A DNA stretch of 64,000 nt from Lepidodermella squamata (taxonomy: Eukaryota; Animalia; Gastrotricha): NCBI GenBank assembly GCA_047495785.1, contig JBLDXI010000026.1, positions 620,001 through 684,000 of the forward strand. Reading direction: 5' to 3'. This document shows, one piece after another, positions 61,175 through 64,000 of this stretch. The first letter of the stretch is position 1, and each line of letters begins with the position of its first letter. Both the position numbers and the translations under genes were made by a program. Below the pieces are notes generated by a model. The model was given only the letters and a program-made list of their open reading frames with translations. It made no database searches and had not been told where the DNA came from.

Positions 61175-61554
61175 TTTTTTATTAAGAAACACTCACTTGA
61201 CATGCCTGGCACACCCGAGGGTGGTAGAGTTTGCGTTGAGGAACCGTTACTACGCAAACCTGGATTAGAAACTCATCATCGGGAATAGCCAGCGAATTGG
61301 AAACTCACTCTGCACGAAATCATCCCATGAATTTTAGGTCAGCCCGCGCTTGCATTTTACGCGTGTCTGGGATTTAAGATTGAAAGTGAGCTAATGTGCC
61401 CCCCTGCGCGTGAAAATGCAAGGGGAAAGGTTTTTGTAACTCTACGTCAGTCAACGTTTCATCAAAACATTACAAATCATCAAAAACTCGGACGCCAACA
61501 TACAATTTCATCAGCATCGACAGCGTTTGAGTACGCGGCACAATTTCTAAAATG
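61175..61554 (-). pseudogene. NR-E: truncated duplicate of the NR-A upstream region and exons 1-2
   Basis: High nucleotide similarity to about 56975-57327. Encodes MISCR|VCVVTVPQRKLYHPRVCQACQ, then similarity stops inside intron 2. A 1-nt deletion after the first ATG (61355) shifts that frame. Confidence 0.8.
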
Positions 61555-61892
61555 CATTGTGGAACCACTGGTAAGTTGAACCTTGGCGCACACGCTGATT
61601 GGTCAATTTATCGTTGCTAATGACTCCGGAATGAAACATTTCCGTCGTGCGATCCGCTAATAAATTATTTTGTATTTATGAAAAAAATGACCTTGCCACA
61701 CCCTCTGCCCGGTTTCCGTTGACCACGAGCGTAAACTCCATATTAAATGTGGTAAATTGCTGCGGCAAAAAACACTTGTTGCAAAAAATCTTATGGATCG
61801 CACGACAGAACGTTTCATCCGGGAGTCATAGCAACGATCGATTGACCAATCAGCGTGCGCATGGGATTTGTCTTTTAAGTGGTCACACAGTG
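61555..61892. mobile_element. Non-autonomous TIR element, CACTA/CMC-like (338 bp, 3-bp TSD ATG)
   Basis: Termini CATTGTG...CACAGTG; internal inverted arms of about 65 bp (about 61586-61655 and 61794-61860); ATG duplicated at 61552-61554 and 61893-61895; the paralogous empty site has a single ATG at 57325-57327. Confidence 0.8.
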
Positions 61893-61938
61893 ATGGGTCA
61901 CTGCAATGTCTCCTAGCACGGGTAAATCTAATCAATGC

Positions 61939-63441
61939 TTAAGACATTGACGAAGTTCCTTCGAAATGTATGTCCGGTTGCTGGCAGAAGCGGTTGTGTA
62001 GGTTGAAATATTCGGAAACGATTGGAATTTGTTCCGGTTTATAATAAATCAATGCTCTGGGTACTGTTAGCTGAGCCCCATACTTCAGCGCAGCAGCAGC
62101 TTCCTCCGCGAACCGAATCGTCTCCAATGCGGCTTTTTCGTAGTCCGCCAAGCCTTTAATCGTCGCTTTTCCTGAGCAAAGCAGCCTGAAAGCCAGATGA
62201 AGAGTGTCACGGAAGTTTTGAATCTCTGTAATTTGTGATTGATCGCAGCCTACAGTTTAGGATAATAACAACAATCCTCAAGCTAGCTTTGAAGAAAGTG
62301 AAGAAGCCAACCTCTCAAGAAGACCACAGAAAGTAACAAAGCTGCCTCTGCAAATGATGGTTTCCATTTCTCTAGATGACAGGCCAATCTCAGCCCTGCT
62401 TGTACCGACATCTGAAAAGAAACCTAGCGATTTTAGGATGGGAATAATTCCAAATATACTTACATTTTGTTCTGGATATGTTGACAAAAAAATGGGCATC
62501 ATAGACGGATCCATGTAGAAGCCTTTGCTAGAGACACCCAGGAGAGGCAGCGCAATCATCGCCATAACCGAGAAATTCTTGCCGATCAGCTTTTCCGCTG
62601 TTTCTAGAGGAATGCCGAGCACAGCTGAAGAAATAATGCAATAATTTAAGACACCAGTTGTAAACGGTTCTCACGAGATATTGAATGAACAAATTTTCGG
62701 CTGATCTTTACGAGTTCACAAATTTGACGCGCCGACATTTCAGTGACAATTCTCACATCAAGATCCGCTCGTCGTGATGTCAGCATCGGTAACTGTTTGC
62801 GACAAGAAATTCAGAAGCGTAAAAAACAGAAAGCAACTTACGGAGCTCATGCCGTGAAGCTGCAAAATGCCTTGAATGGAGGCAACAATCGCTTTCTCAA
62901 CCTCCTGCCCGTCGAAGAGAGGCGGGTCTACAACAAGGGGCAGCTTGTCCCTAGTTCGGATAGAGTGTTTTGGGAGTGACGTCTGGTCTGGTTTCAGGTC
63001 TAAAACTACGTAAACAAGAGAGCGGAAAACCGAGCGTGAAGCGATAAATAGTCATCGGTAGCGATAAAATACTTTTCCTCCTCTGCATTCCCACTGCGAA
63101 GCACTTGCCGATGCGACATTTAGGGCAAGCTCGACGAGTGTTTCCAGCGATGATTTCGCAGCCGAATCCTCCTTTTGTGCAGCGTAAATTCACGTTTGTA
63201 GAATGTCTGGCAAAGAACTTCTGCAGAAAAGACAAATTTGTCCAAATATGAAAGCAAGGGAGAAATGCTTTCTCACTTGACATGCCGAACATATCCTTGG
63301 GTGGTAAAGCTTCCTACGAGGAACAACAGTTGAGCAGACCTTTTGGGAGACTAAGATTGCGATTTTAAGGAGAAAAGTTGATCAGTCTACCTTGCAATAA
63401 ATTATTAATTTAGTTTTGTGGAATTCTGCCATTTCTGCCAT
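61939..63441 (-). CDS. NR-D: divergent nuclear-receptor-like protein, 8 exons, frame intact; closest to NR-B
   Basis: MAEMAEFHKTKLIIYCK|VCSTVVPRRKLYHPRICSACQ|KFFARH...CTKGGFGC...RRACPKCRIGKCFAVGM; WKPSFAEAALLLSVVFLRG; ends in ORF 61939..62151. Confidence 0.8.
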
Positions 63442-63771
63442 TTCTGCCAAGCTGGTGAAGTTCGGTTGGCTTTCCTAGATATAATACCAATACTGAGCTG
63501 TAATTACAATTTGTATGCTGTACAAAAAGCGCGTGAGTGAAGCAGCGAGTTACAAAATGTTCCCGAAGCTAAATATGTTAGTCGATAATTCGACACACGG
63601 CTCATATAGTGCGGCAAAGCGTCCTTTGATTATCTAATTTGTCCGGTTCTATCAGTTTTCATTACTTGTGACATAGGACGTCGGGCACGACGGATTTTCG
63701 TGAAATGGTTATCTCCCATGCAATCACTGATAAATATCGCGACAAAAACCGTTTACTCAATGTCCTGGGTA

Positions 63772-64000
63772 CAGTGCTCCCTCGCTAAGTGCACCCTGGC
63801 TATGTGCAATTCCCTCGTTATCTGCCACACTTTTACAGCCCCCTCAAAATTGGTAATTAAATAATTTTTATTAGTGGAAGAAAAAATTATTTACAAAATT
63901 AAATTTATTAAAGTTCAAGAAAATAGCTTCATTAGCAACGCTGGCTGAGCCACAGCTTTTTTAGCAATGAAAAGGCGGTGCCGGTTAAGCTTGGATCGAC
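63772..64000. mobile_element. Left end of a second element of the same TA-flanked TIR family as 53250-55216
   Basis: TA|CAGTGCTCCCTCGCTAAGTGCA at 63770-63793 matches the TIR; subterminal CCCTCGTTATCTGC; the other end lies outside the window. Confidence 0.7.

Overview
Intron-containing, AT-rich animal (invertebrate) genomic DNA with many short introns of about 45-60 nt. The taxon cannot be fixed from this window. All gene models below were spliced by hand from GT/GC-AG sites and reading-frame phase. From 2.2 to 36.6 kb there is a head-to-tail array of 13 plus-strand genes (G1-G13) for predicted secreted proteins, with a 14th relative (G14) at 50.9-53.1 kb. They are built from four modules: Kunitz/BPTI-like domains (about 30 by my count: 5 canonical, 7 long-loop, 16 with a D[FY]GxC signature, 2 other), PAN/Apple domains (14), Thr/Pro-rich mucin-like linkers, and trypsin-fold domains (4). 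All four trypsin-fold domains have a damaged catalytic triad, and three are fused to Kunitz domains (11 of them in G11). Two secreted zinc metalloprotease genes lie head-to-head with array members: an M12B/reprolysin-like gene that runs off the left edge and is missing from the ORF track, and an intact M13 neprilysin-like gene. A hillarin-like LIM/transglutaminase-fold gene with an intronless CDS lies between G13 and the neprilysin. The right end holds a tandem family of very divergent nuclear-receptor-like genes (3 apparently intact, 1 pseudogene, 1 5' fragment) and several non-autonomous DNA transposons. The best candidate for an undescribed system is the Kunitz/PAN/pseudoprotease secretion cluster; its function is inference only.
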